DNA of 32,000 nucleotides from Candidatus Saccharimonadota bacterium (GTDB lineage Bacteria; Bacteroidota; Bacteroidia; Cytophagales; Amoebophilaceae): NCBI RefSeq assembly GCF_965196625.1, contig NZ_OZ239769.1, positions 1,080,001 to 1,112,000 of the forward strand, read 5' to 3'. Shown piece by piece: positions 24,167 to 32,000 of this stretch (position 1 is its first letter; each line of letters starts with the position of its first letter). The notes under the pieces were generated by a model. It saw only the letters and a program-made list of their open reading frames with translations, ran no database searches and was not told where the DNA came from. The position numbers and the translations under genes were made by a program.

Positions 24167-26821
24167 CTTTGCAATAGGTACTCTATATGGAGAACAAGAT
24201 ATATAGTCTAAGCCTATTGATTCGAAAAATTGGATAGAAGATGGATCGCCGCCATGTTCGCCACAAATGCCTATTTTTAAATTTGGATGGGCGGATCTGC
24301 CTCGTGTTACCGCTATTTGGATCAATGCGCCAACGCCTTCTTGGTCAAGTGTAACAAAAGGGTCTGCTTTAAGCAAGCCTTTTGCGCGGTAAACATCTAG
24401 AAACTTTGCGCCATCATCCCGTGAAATACCAAGAGTAGTTTGGGTCAAATCATTGGTTCCTATGCTAAAAAAGTCAACGAGCGGTGCAAGGGTTGCGGCT
24501 TGTAAGGCGGCCCTTGGTAGTTCTATCATTATGCCCACTTTATATTGGATTTGAGGAGCTATTTTTTGGTGCAGCTCTTCTATGATCTTTTTCAGAAAAA
24601 TGACCTCTTGGGCATCAAAGATAAGGGGCAACATAATTTCTAACGCCACCTGCTTAACCTCTAATGCGGCCTCAAATAAGGCTTGAAGCTGCATCTTATA
24701 AATTTCTGGAAAGGTGATGGCCAATCTGGCACCCCGATGGCCCAACATCGGATTCACCTCACAAAGCTGCGCAATACGCTTTTCTACTTCAGCAAGCGGA
24801 CGCTCTATTTGTACTACCAAATCAGCCACCTCTTTTGGATGGCTTGGTAAAAATTCATGCAAAGGAGGGTCCAATAACCTTACGGTAATCGGCAGCCCAT
24901 TTAAGACTTGAAAAAGTGCTTTGAAATCTATTTTTTGTACTGCCATCAATTCGGCTAAAAGGTCGACGCGTGATGCGGTAGCACTTGTTAAAATCATCTT
25001 TCTAAACATGCGCATGCGATCGGGGCTAAAAAACATATGCTCTGTTCTACAAAGACCTATGCCCGAGATGCCAAAGGATAAGGCAACTGCTGCATCTTGA
25101 ACGGTTTCTGCATTGGCCCTTACAGCCATTCTTTTGGTTTGATCTGCTAATGCCATACAGGTTAGAAACTCGGGCAAAGGCTTTTGCCTAATCGTGGCCA
25201 CTTTTCCGCTGATCACTTGCCCGGTGGTTCCATCAATGGTGAGGTAACTCCCCATTGGAATTTTTTTCTGACCAATTACAAGGCATTGGTTTGGGAGATC
25301 TATGGTAACCGCATGTGCACCACATATACAAGGTTTGCCCATACCCCTTGCTACTACAGCCGCATGTGCCGTCATCCCGCCTTTGGTGGTTAAAATACCT
25401 GCAGCCATCGCCATACTACCGATGTCATCAGGGCTGGTTTCTTCCCTAACCAATAGGACCTGCTCCTTTTTCGAAATGGCTTCTACTGCTTCTGGTGAAA
25501 AGGCAATCAAACCAGAAGCCACACCTGGTGCAGCAGGAAGCCCTTGGGTTAATACTTCTATGGTTTGGTTTGGATCCAACGTAGGATGCAGCAGCCGCTC
25601 TAGATCACTATAATCTATCCTTTTTAAAACTTCCTGCCCATCTATCTTGCCTTCTTGCATCATATCAATGGCAATTTTAACCGCAGCGCTAGCACTGCGT
25701 TTGCCATTTCTGGTTTGCAACAGCCATAATCTGCCTTGCTCAACGGTATACTCAATATCTTGCATATCACCAAAATGGTCTTCTAATGCGCTGGCTAAGT
25801 GGCTGAGTTGGCTAAAAATAATAGGATATTTTTCTTCCAAGGAGTCCTCTTTAGCTTGAATCAGCTCTCTACCCTGTTTGGTGATCTGCTGAGGGGTAAC
25901 CAAACCCGAAACCAGTTCTTCGCCTTGGGCATTGATTAAATATTCACCAAATAAGGTAGGCGCGCCAGTGGATGGATTTCTGGTAAATAAAACTCCGGTT
26001 AGGCTATCTGCTCCCCTATTGCCAAATACCATAGACTGAATGGTAACCGCTGTGCCTTCTTGATCATCTATCTGGTTAAGCCGCCGATAGGTAACCGCCC
26101 TTGGGCTGTTCCAAGATGCAAAAATGGCTGCTATGCTGTTTTTAAGTTGTTTAAAAACATCTTGAGGATAGGTGGTACCAGTATGTGTGAAGATGATTTG
26201 TTTATAGCGGTCTATAACGGTATGCAATGCGCCAAGACTTAATCCTGCCCCAAGGGGTATATTTTCTTGCCTTTTGATCGCCTCTATTGCTTCTACAAAT
26301 AGATGGTGGTCTATGCCCATAATGACGCTACCATACATTTCTATAAAACGGCGGTAGCCATCATAAGCAAATCTAAAATCATTGGTGGCATGGCCCAATA
26401 GCTCCGTAGTAGCATCGTTTAAACCGAGATTCAATAGGGTATCCATCATACCCGGCATGGAAGCCTTAGCACCAGAACGCACCGATAACAGCAGCGGAAA
26501 GGGACCACCTCCAAAATGCTTTCCTGTAGCCTTTTCAAGTAGTTGAAGCTCTGCAACCACTTGATCCCAAATTTCTTGAGCAAGCCTTTCTCCTTTTTCA
26601 TAATAGTTTCTACACCCCTCCGTTATAATGGTAAAGCCTGGTGGAATGGGAAAACCTAAAGCAGACATCTGTGCCAATCCGTACCCCTTGCTGCCCAATG
26701 TAGATGGATCACACTTAGCCTCGATTGCTAATTCACCACAAAGCGCTTTCGAAAGAGGTTCATTGGTATAATCGTAACCAAACCGATGCAACCAATTTTT
26801 GGTTTGCTTTTTATTCAACAT
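24140..26821 (-). CDS. ppdK: Pyruvate, phosphate dikinase
   Basis: 893 aa. It has the phosphohistidine swivel motif 'TKGGMTAHAAVVARGMGKPCI', an N-terminal ATP-grasp 'LGSKGYGLAQM', and C-terminal PEP-utilising 'GICGEHGGDPSS'. Confidence 0.95.
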   Translation of the reverse strand: MLNKKQTKNWLHRFGYDYTNEPLSKALCGELAIEAKCDPSTLGSKGYGLAQMSALGFPIPPGFTIITEGCRNYYEKGERLAQEIWDQVVAELQLLEKATGKHFGGGPFPLLLSVRSGAKASMPGMMDTLLNLGLNDATTELLGHATNDFRFAYDGYRRFIEMYGSVIMGIDHHLFVEAIEAIKRQENIPLGAGLSLGALHTVIDRYKQIIFTHTGTTYPQDVFKQLKNSIAAIFASWNSPRAVTYRRLNQIDDQEGTAVTIQSMVFGNRGADSLTGVLFTRNPSTGAPTLFGEYLINAQGEELVSGLVTPQQITKQGRELIQAKEDSLEEKYPIIFSQLSHLASALEDHFGDMQDIEYTVEQGRLWLLQTRNGKRSASAAVKIAIDMMQEGKIDGQEVLKRIDYSDLERLLHPTLDPNQTIEVLTQGLPAAPGVASGLIAFSPEAVEAISKKEQVLLVREETSPDDIGSMAMAAGILTTKGGMTAHAAVVARGMGKPCICGAHAVTIDLPNQCLVIGQKKIPMGSYLTIDGTTGQVISGKVATIRQKPLPEFLTCMALADQTKRMAVRANAETVQDAAVALSFGISGIGLCRTEHMFFSPDRMRMFRKMILTSATASRVDLLAELMAVQKIDFKALFQVLNGLPITVRLLDPPLHEFLPSHPKEVADLVVQIERPLAEVEKRIAQLCEVNPMLGHRGARLAITFPEIYKMQLQALFEAALEVKQVALEIMLPLIFDAQEVIFLKKIIEELHQKIAPQIQYKVGIMIELPRAALQAATLAPLVDFFSIGTNDLTQTTLGISRDDGAKFLDVYRAKGLLKADPFVTLDQEGVGALIQIAVTRGRSAHPNLKIGICGEHGGDPSSIQFFESIGLDYISCSPYRVPIAKLAAAKARV

Positions 26822-26856
26822 GTTCTATTGTAAATATTTTGTATGAAAAGCTGTTT

Positions 26857-28557
26857 TCAGGCTACTACGGTCTCAGTAGATCTATTTTGTAACTTTTTCC
26901 GTTGTGCTGCAATGACATCATCTTCAATTTTTTCAAACAATACGATAGGAGGCGCCAACGGATCACCTGCTTGTACCAGATTGGTAGACCCCCAACTGGT
27001 TTCTTGTAGCCCCAACATATGGGCCATTTTCTCACTGGTTGTAGGTAAAAAAGGCTTGATCAGTAGTGCTACAGTAGCGATGAGCTGCAGGGTGATATGC
27101 AACACCGTTCCCGCTTCCTCTAGGTTGCTTTTAACCAAATGCCATGGGCGCTGATCGGTTAGATACTTATTGCCCAATGCAGCATAACCCATAGCCAATT
27201 GGAGTGCTTCTTTAAATTTAAACGCTTCTATGGCATTGCCAACTTCTGTAAAAGCATCCTCTAATCTAGCGAGCAAAGCTTGGTCTGCTGCACTAGGCGC
27301 GATACTAGGCGGCACGCATCCACCAAAATAGCGATGGACCAAACTGAAGGTTCTATGTACCAAGTTGCCAAGGTTGGCAACTAGCTCACGATTGTTTTTA
27401 TCTTGGAAGTCTTGCCAAGTAAAATCACTGTCTTTGTTTTCTGGGGCAATGGTACAGAGTACATAACGCAATACATCTGCTTTACCTGGAAAATCTGCCA
27501 AGTAATCATGGAGCCAAACCGCATGGTTCCGGGAGGTGGAAATTTTTTTGCCTTCTAGGTTTAAAAATTCATTGGCTGGAACCTGCTGGGGCAAAATAAA
27601 GTTGCCATGGGCTTTAAGCATAATAGGAAAAATAATACAATGGAATACAATATTGTCTTTTCCAAGAAAATGAACCAACCTGGTATCAGGATCTTGCCAA
27701 AAAGGTGCCCAGTCTATCTGTTGTGTTTTGGCCCACTCTTTGGTTGCACTAATATAGCCAATGGGCGCATCGAACCAAACATAAAGCACCTTTCCCGTCG
27801 CTTCAGACAGCGGAACAGGAATGCCCCAAGCCAAATCACGGGTTACGGCACGTGGTTGCAGCCCTTGCTCTAGCCAGCCTTTGCACTGGCCATATACATT
27901 GGTTTTAAAATCTTTATGTTCTTCTAAAATCCATTTTTTAAGCCAGTTCTCATATTTATTTAAAGGTAGATACCAATGCTTGGTAGACCTGAAAATAGGT
28001 TTTGCCCCACTAATGGCAGAAACAGGGTCAATCAATTCTTTTGGACCCAATGTGCGGCCACACGCTTCACATTGGTCGCCGTAGGCATCGGGATGGTTGC
28101 AACTGGGGCAACGCCCTTTGATATAACGATCAGATAAAAATTGGTTGCAAACAGGGTCGTAATATTGTTCTGTTTCATAGACCTCAAATATGCCTTTTTC
28201 GTGTAATGTCTTAAAAAAGTTAGCTGCCGTCTCATAATGGGTAGGTGAAGAAGTGCGTGCAAAGATATCAAAACTAATATCCAGCCCCTGGAGGGATTCT
28301 TTAATAAGGGTGTGGTATTTATCCACTACCTTTTGCGGCGTACTGCCCTCTTGTTGAGCACGAATCACTACCGGCACGCCATGTTCATCAGAACCAGTGA
28401 TAAAGACTACGGTAGCTTTTTTTTGCCGTAAATAACGGACATAGATGTCAGCAGGAAGATAGGCCCCCGCCACATGGCCTAAGTGGATGGGTCCATTTGC
28501 ATAAGGAAGTGCAGCAGTAACCGTATATCGTTTTGGATGCGCCATTTGTGTAATCAA
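26857..28557 (-). CDS. metG: Methionine--tRNA ligase (core form, without a C-terminal tRNA-binding appendix)
   Basis: 566 aa. The HIGH region is '[14 protein letters not shown]', the zinc knuckles are '[18 protein letters not shown]', and the KMSKS-like region is 'GKKISTSRN'. Confidence 0.95.
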   Translation of the reverse strand: MITQMAHPKRYTVTAALPYANGPIHLGHVAGAYLPADIYVRYLRQKKATVVFITGSDEHGVPVVIRAQQEGSTPQKVVDKYHTLIKESLQGLDISFDIFARTSSPTHYETAANFFKTLHEKGIFEVYETEQYYDPVCNQFLSDRYIKGRCPSCNHPDAYGDQCEACGRTLGPKELIDPVSAISGAKPIFRSTKHWYLPLNKYENWLKKWILEEHKDFKTNVYGQCKGWLEQGLQPRAVTRDLAWGIPVPLSEATGKVLYVWFDAPIGYISATKEWAKTQQIDWAPFWQDPDTRLVHFLGKDNIVFHCIIFPIMLKAHGNFILPQQVPANEFLNLEGKKISTSRNHAVWLHDYLADFPGKADVLRYVLCTIAPENKDSDFTWQDFQDKNNRELVANLGNLVHRTFSLVHRYFGGCVPPSIAPSAADQALLARLEDAFTEVGNAIEAFKFKEALQLAMGYAALGNKYLTDQRPWHLVKSNLEEAGTVLHITLQLIATVALLIKPFLPTTSEKMAHMLGLQETSWGSTNLVQAGDPLAPPIVLFEKIEDDVIAAQRKKLQNRSTETVVA

Positions 28558-28584
28558 TAAGGAATTTATATGCTACTCATCAAT

Positions 28585-28771
28585 AGGATGATACGCCTAC
28601 CACTTTTTGCTTGATCAAAAAGTGGACAAAAAATCAAGCCCTGTGTAAAAAGTTGCTGAAAGCATACCTTACAGCTGGAAAAACAGGAGCCACCCTACAA
28701 AGCCCTCACTGCAACTGTTTTTCTTTTCATCTGTAAGCTGCACTTTCTGATCGCAGCTTTTTACAAGGGCG
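28585..28771. repeat. Second full-length copy of the nested palindromic repeat, more decayed
   Basis: It has the same order of blocks as 22095-22284. Module 1 at 28600-28641 is nearly identical. The long-hairpin arms are only partly complementary, with 'ccttacagctggaaaaacag' facing 'ctgtttttcttttcatctgtaag'. The element sits between the metallopeptidase stop (28859) and the metG start (28557). Confidence 0.8.
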
Positions 28772-28858
28772 ATCTTTTTCGTAATAGAGAAAGTAAGCAG
28801 TGCAATTTCTGCATTATTTATTTTATTTCCAAGCTGCTGCCAAAACCATCTTGATCAG

Positions 28859-29935
28859 TTAGTTGGCATTTGGGGTTTGCAATTTGATGCGTAATGCCTC
28901 GAGCTCATCTTGAGGCATATTGGGGCCGACGCCTAATTTCTTGAGGTTATCGCGAATCGCTTTTCTGATTTTGGCCATTTTAGGGTATTGACAAAATAGT
29001 AGGACCTTATCCCCTAATAGGCTAATGCCTGGTTCCGGGCGTTCGTCAAGAAGAACAAAATAGGCAAAAGTATCAGCGGCATCTTCTTCGACAGATTTTG
29101 TTGAATACCGCCTGACAAATACACCGTTTTGTAAAAGTTCTCCTTTACGTTTAGAGAGAAGTTCTTGTATTCGTTGATAATTAGTTTCATATCCCTCAGC
29201 AATATCTTCCTGGTTACGTTCAGGGTCCAACAAACCGTATGATTCATCATGAGCATAATATAGGAGATTGATTTGTTTAATAATTGATTCATCTTTATAG
29301 AAGGGTCCGCCCCTTACACAATATCGTTGATCTTGATTCATTGTCAAATAATGACCGAATTCATGGAGCATTGTAAAAACGATACGGGGGTAGTCTAGTA
29401 TTTCACGAAAATAACAAAATTTTATATCAAATAAGTTAAATGCCATTTCCAATTCGAAGATCTTTAGATTATTCCAGTTTTTAGGACCCATACGGGCCAA
29501 TTCAGAACTATCTCCTCGATCGAATATTCTAACATATTGAATCCCTTTCCTGTATTCCCGGGGGATGAGTTCTGCAAAGAAGTTGTAGTATTGTTGATGT
29601 TTATTCCGATTCGTTCTTTCTTCTTCCCATAACTTAGGATCAAATTTAGAATCCGGGTCAGGTTTAAATAAACGATGAAGGCGAAGCTGATCATTCTTGT
29701 CAATTTTATAACTTACTATTACATCACTATTAGTACATTTAATGTTGTTTTGGACAAAATTGTTTTTAACACTAGATTTTGTATCAGAATTATTAAATAT
29801 TTTAATTTTTTTAAAAACTGAAAACATCATATTAGGGCCAGGCTTATTGCATCCTATTAATATTAGACTACATAGACCCAATAAACTAGTAATCACTATT
29901 TTATCATTTATTTTATTATCATTATCCTTTGTCAA
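28859..29935 (-). CDS. Lipoprotein with an HExxH zinc-metallopeptidase motif (gluzincin-like)
   Basis: 358 aa. The signal peptide has a canonical lipobox, 'SLILIGC' (Cys29). 'MLHEFGHYL' (HEFGH is encoded at 29351-29365) is followed about 90 aa later by 'SVEEDAADTFAYF'. That block resembles the Glu-containing third-ligand helix (E-x-x-A-x-x-F) of several HExxH...E families. The gene is very AT-rich. Confidence 0.65.
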   Translation of the reverse strand: MTKDNDNKINDKIVITSLLGLCSLILIGCNKPGPNMMFSVFKKIKIFNNSDTKSSVKNNFVQNNIKCTNSDVIVSYKIDKNDQLRLHRLFKPDPDSKFDPKLWEEERTNRNKHQQYYNFFAELIPREYRKGIQYVRIFDRGDSSELARMGPKNWNNLKIFELEMAFNLFDIKFCYFREILDYPRIVFTMLHEFGHYLTMNQDQRYCVRGGPFYKDESIIKQINLLYYAHDESYGLLDPERNQEDIAEGYETNYQRIQELLSKRKGELLQNGVFVRRYSTKSVEEDAADTFAYFVLLDERPEPGISLLGDKVLLFCQYPKMAKIRKAIRDNLKKLGVGPNMPQDELEALRIKLQTPNAN

Positions 29936-31994
29936 GGCACATCTGCAATACCTCTTGAGCAGCCATTTCCAGTGCCTCTACTATATCGCTATCTAAGTAT
30001 CTCTTTGCCAAACAAATATCTACGGTAAGGGTCTCCTTTGCCATATCTATTACCTGCACCTTATGGACATAACCATAGGCATGGCGCAAGTCATAGAGCC
30101 GTTCGGCCAATTTAATACAAAGCACAAAAAGTTGATCTTGGTTAACCACCTTATTGCGCTGATTATCCACATAAAGCCCAGATGGCTCTATCTCTGGGCG
30201 CTCTTCTATAGATACAATAGATTGTACAAAAGAAAAAATATCTAAGCTATAATTAGCCTTAATATATGAAAGAGGCAAGTCGGTATACACAACTAAATCA
30301 TACAACAAAGCAGCACAGATTGGTTCGGGAACGTAGGCTACCCAGTCTGCTACCAACCGCGCAATGCCTACCGCACGAACATAGAACAATTCCCCTGATG
30401 CATGCCGCCTAAAAGCATAACAACGCCTCAGCAACAAAAATATTTCATCCATCACACTGATACGCATATCACACATTTTGCAAACATAGTCACTAAATTT
30501 CATGAGCACTACCATGGAAGCATCCATTTCACTCTTGGTTACAAAACTATTGGAAGAAATTACATTAGAAATCAGCCCATCCCGAATGGCGGTCACATTA
30601 CAAGGCAATACCAATAGGACTGATTTTTGTTTAGGAGAGGGAAATTGCAAATAACCATAGTGGGCACGCACAATCCTTTCTATCGGCTGCTTCTGCACAT
30701 TGACCCAGTCTGCAATAACCTGGTTAAGTGCCCCTACAAGTTCTATTCCTTCTGTAATATCCTCATAATGGGTATGAATGGAAGGCAACGTGCCCAAAGG
30801 CGTATCTGCACTGCTCACGACCAAAGCAATAGCTGGAAAGGTTATTTGGGGAGGGCGTTGTTTTTTAACAGGGCCATATTTATAATACTTTAACCGAGTG
30901 GCATATAGTTGAATGCGTATAGATGTATCTTGATCTAGGTGCGCAACACGCAAAATAACCGTACCCAATAGATGCATTACCTGGCCCACATCACATACAA
31001 CTTTGCTACTCAAATCAACATTTTTTGCATCCACTATCAGCTTTGGAGCAGATTCAACGGAATCATTTAAAACAATTTCTAATTGCTGAATGAGTGCATC
31101 TAGCGCAATTTCAGTTGGCAGCAGGGGCAAATGCACTTTAGATGCAGCATGTTGCTTTAAAAAAATAGACCACGCAGCAAACTTATTGACAATAGTACCA
31201 AAGTCTTCCTTATACAGGGCATCATCCTCTAAAAATAAAGAAGACTCCATCACCTCTTCCACAACTTCCTTTAAAGCAATAGCATCTCTTTCCGAATAAC
31301 CCTCCGCAGCACGGAAATGCAAGTTATGAATCGTTTGTTTTAACCTTCGCTTATAGTGCTGCGCGCGTTTCAGTTTTGCTTTATTTTTTACGTAACGGTT
31401 ATGGGCTCTATAATCAGCTATTTGAATTTTAATGTAAATAATCATAGTGAAAATCAATACACTAAATCCAAATAAAGAGATCATATCATCCGTTAGTTCT
31501 ATCGGACCATCCGCAGCGCAAAAGACATAAATAATAGCCCATACCATAGCTACCAGCATGGCTATACCTAAGGGCAAGGGAAATACAGATAAGATTACAG
31601 ACAAATGTGCTAGAGATAGCTTTAATAAAAATGAATAATCAGATACACGCCACCAATGCCAAAGCAAATTGACAGGAAGACAAAATAGCGAACCCATAAG
31701 CCAAAATCGAGTAATTTCAGAAGATGGCACTTCTTTTTTGGAAAGAATCGCATAACCTATCAGCCAAACACCTGCAGCAAATTGGAGGGTATACCAATAA
31801 ATAAGACCTTTGCCTATATAACTTAATACAGCAGTAGTGATGAGCACATAAAAACCGGTATATCCTATTGCAATATTACTTGGTTTCAGTTTGACCAGCT
31901 TTTCTCTTACATAAGAAGATCTTATATAAGAAGACCGCAGTACAAAAAAGGAGATGGCCATAAGCGTAAGCAGCAAAGCTTGGAATGACAACAT
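29922..31994 (-). CDS. Multi-pass membrane protein with a degenerate GHKL/histidine-kinase-like domain and a C-terminal degenerate RelA/SpoT-type HD domain
   Basis: 690 aa. Residues 1-190 contain at least 5 hydrophobic helices. Residues ~285-470 have the layout of a histidine-kinase ATPase domain but lack the N, G1 and G2 boxes. Residues ~515-685 align motif by motif with the N-terminal HD domain of SpoT/RelA: 'SGELFYVRAVGIARLVAD', 'AALLYDLVVYTD', 'VLCIKLAERLYDLRHA', 'MAKETLTVDICLAKRYL'. The stop overlaps the next gene's start by 14 nt. Confidence 0.7.
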   Translation of the reverse strand: MLSFQALLLTLMAISFFVLRSSYIRSSYVREKLVKLKPSNIAIGYTGFYVLITTAVLSYIGKGLIYWYTLQFAAGVWLIGYAILSKKEVPSSEITRFWLMGSLFCLPVNLLWHWWRVSDYSFLLKLSLAHLSVILSVFPLPLGIAMLVAMVWAIIYVFCAADGPIELTDDMISLFGFSVLIFTMIIYIKIQIADYRAHNRYVKNKAKLKRAQHYKRRLKQTIHNLHFRAAEGYSERDAIALKEVVEEVMESSLFLEDDALYKEDFGTIVNKFAAWSIFLKQHAASKVHLPLLPTEIALDALIQQLEIVLNDSVESAPKLIVDAKNVDLSSKVVCDVGQVMHLLGTVILRVAHLDQDTSIRIQLYATRLKYYKYGPVKKQRPPQITFPAIALVVSSADTPLGTLPSIHTHYEDITEGIELVGALNQVIADWVNVQKQPIERIVRAHYGYLQFPSPKQKSVLLVLPCNVTAIRDGLISNVISSNSFVTKSEMDASMVVLMKFSDYVCKMCDMRISVMDEIFLLLRRCYAFRRHASGELFYVRAVGIARLVADWVAYVPEPICAALLYDLVVYTDLPLSYIKANYSLDIFSFVQSIVSIEERPEIEPSGLYVDNQRNKVVNQDQLFVLCIKLAERLYDLRHAYGYVHKVQVIDMAKETLTVDICLAKRYLDSDIVEALEMAAQEVLQMCLDKG

Positions 31995-32000
31995 AAAAAC

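Noticed and set aside
30163-30171. Perfect TTATCCACA (E. coli-type DnaA box).
   Set aside because: It is a single isolated copy inside a coding region. One 9-mer hit in 32 kb on either strand is within chance expectation, and there is no cluster, AT-rich unwinding element or dnaA nearby.
1-32000. Searched by eye for tRNA, rRNA, tmRNA, SRP-RNA, transposase, integrase, phage or secretion-system genes.
   Set aside because: None of the intergenic regions shows a cloverleaf-like or otherwise recognisable RNA gene signature, and no ORF has transposase, integrase or phage motifs. Absence by eye is not proof. tRNAscan-SE or Infernal should confirm it.

Overview
The window is gene-dense, with about 22 real CDSs and no rRNA, tRNA, CRISPR array or transposase that I can recognise. 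Most of it is housekeeping backbone. These genes are the mtaB 3' end, an ABC exporter, trxA, alaS, uvrA, mscL, ruvX, lpxB, a stand-alone 5'-3' exonuclease, cdsA, psd, gltX, ppdK and metG. Gene content and protein signatures look like a compact, possibly host-associated Bacteroidota-type genome, but that taxon guess is low confidence. Accessory material sits between the backbone genes. (1) At 28859-31994 there is an AT-rich pair of overlapping genes. One encodes a multi-pass membrane protein whose C-terminus is a clear but catalytically degenerate RelA/SpoT-type HD domain, preceded by a degenerate histidine-kinase-like ATPase domain. It overlaps by 14 nt a lipoprotein carrying an HEFGH zinc-peptidase motif. 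This is my best candidate for an undescribed system. (2) At 7609-8811 a eukaryote-type ubiquitin-specific protease (peptidase C19-like) has a signal or anchor sequence, and its 3' end overlaps the alaS start codon. A 730-aa orphan lipoprotein lies next to it. (3) Two diverged paralogues of an AAA-ATPase-like plus PD-(D/E)XK nuclease fusion lie at 3237-5009 and 22388-24166. Each is packed tail-to-tail against an essential gene. (4) A family of nested palindromic intergenic repeats has four or five copies, and one further inverted-repeat element appears unrelated. All domain calls come from motifs read in the supplied translations and remembered family consensus. No searches were run.
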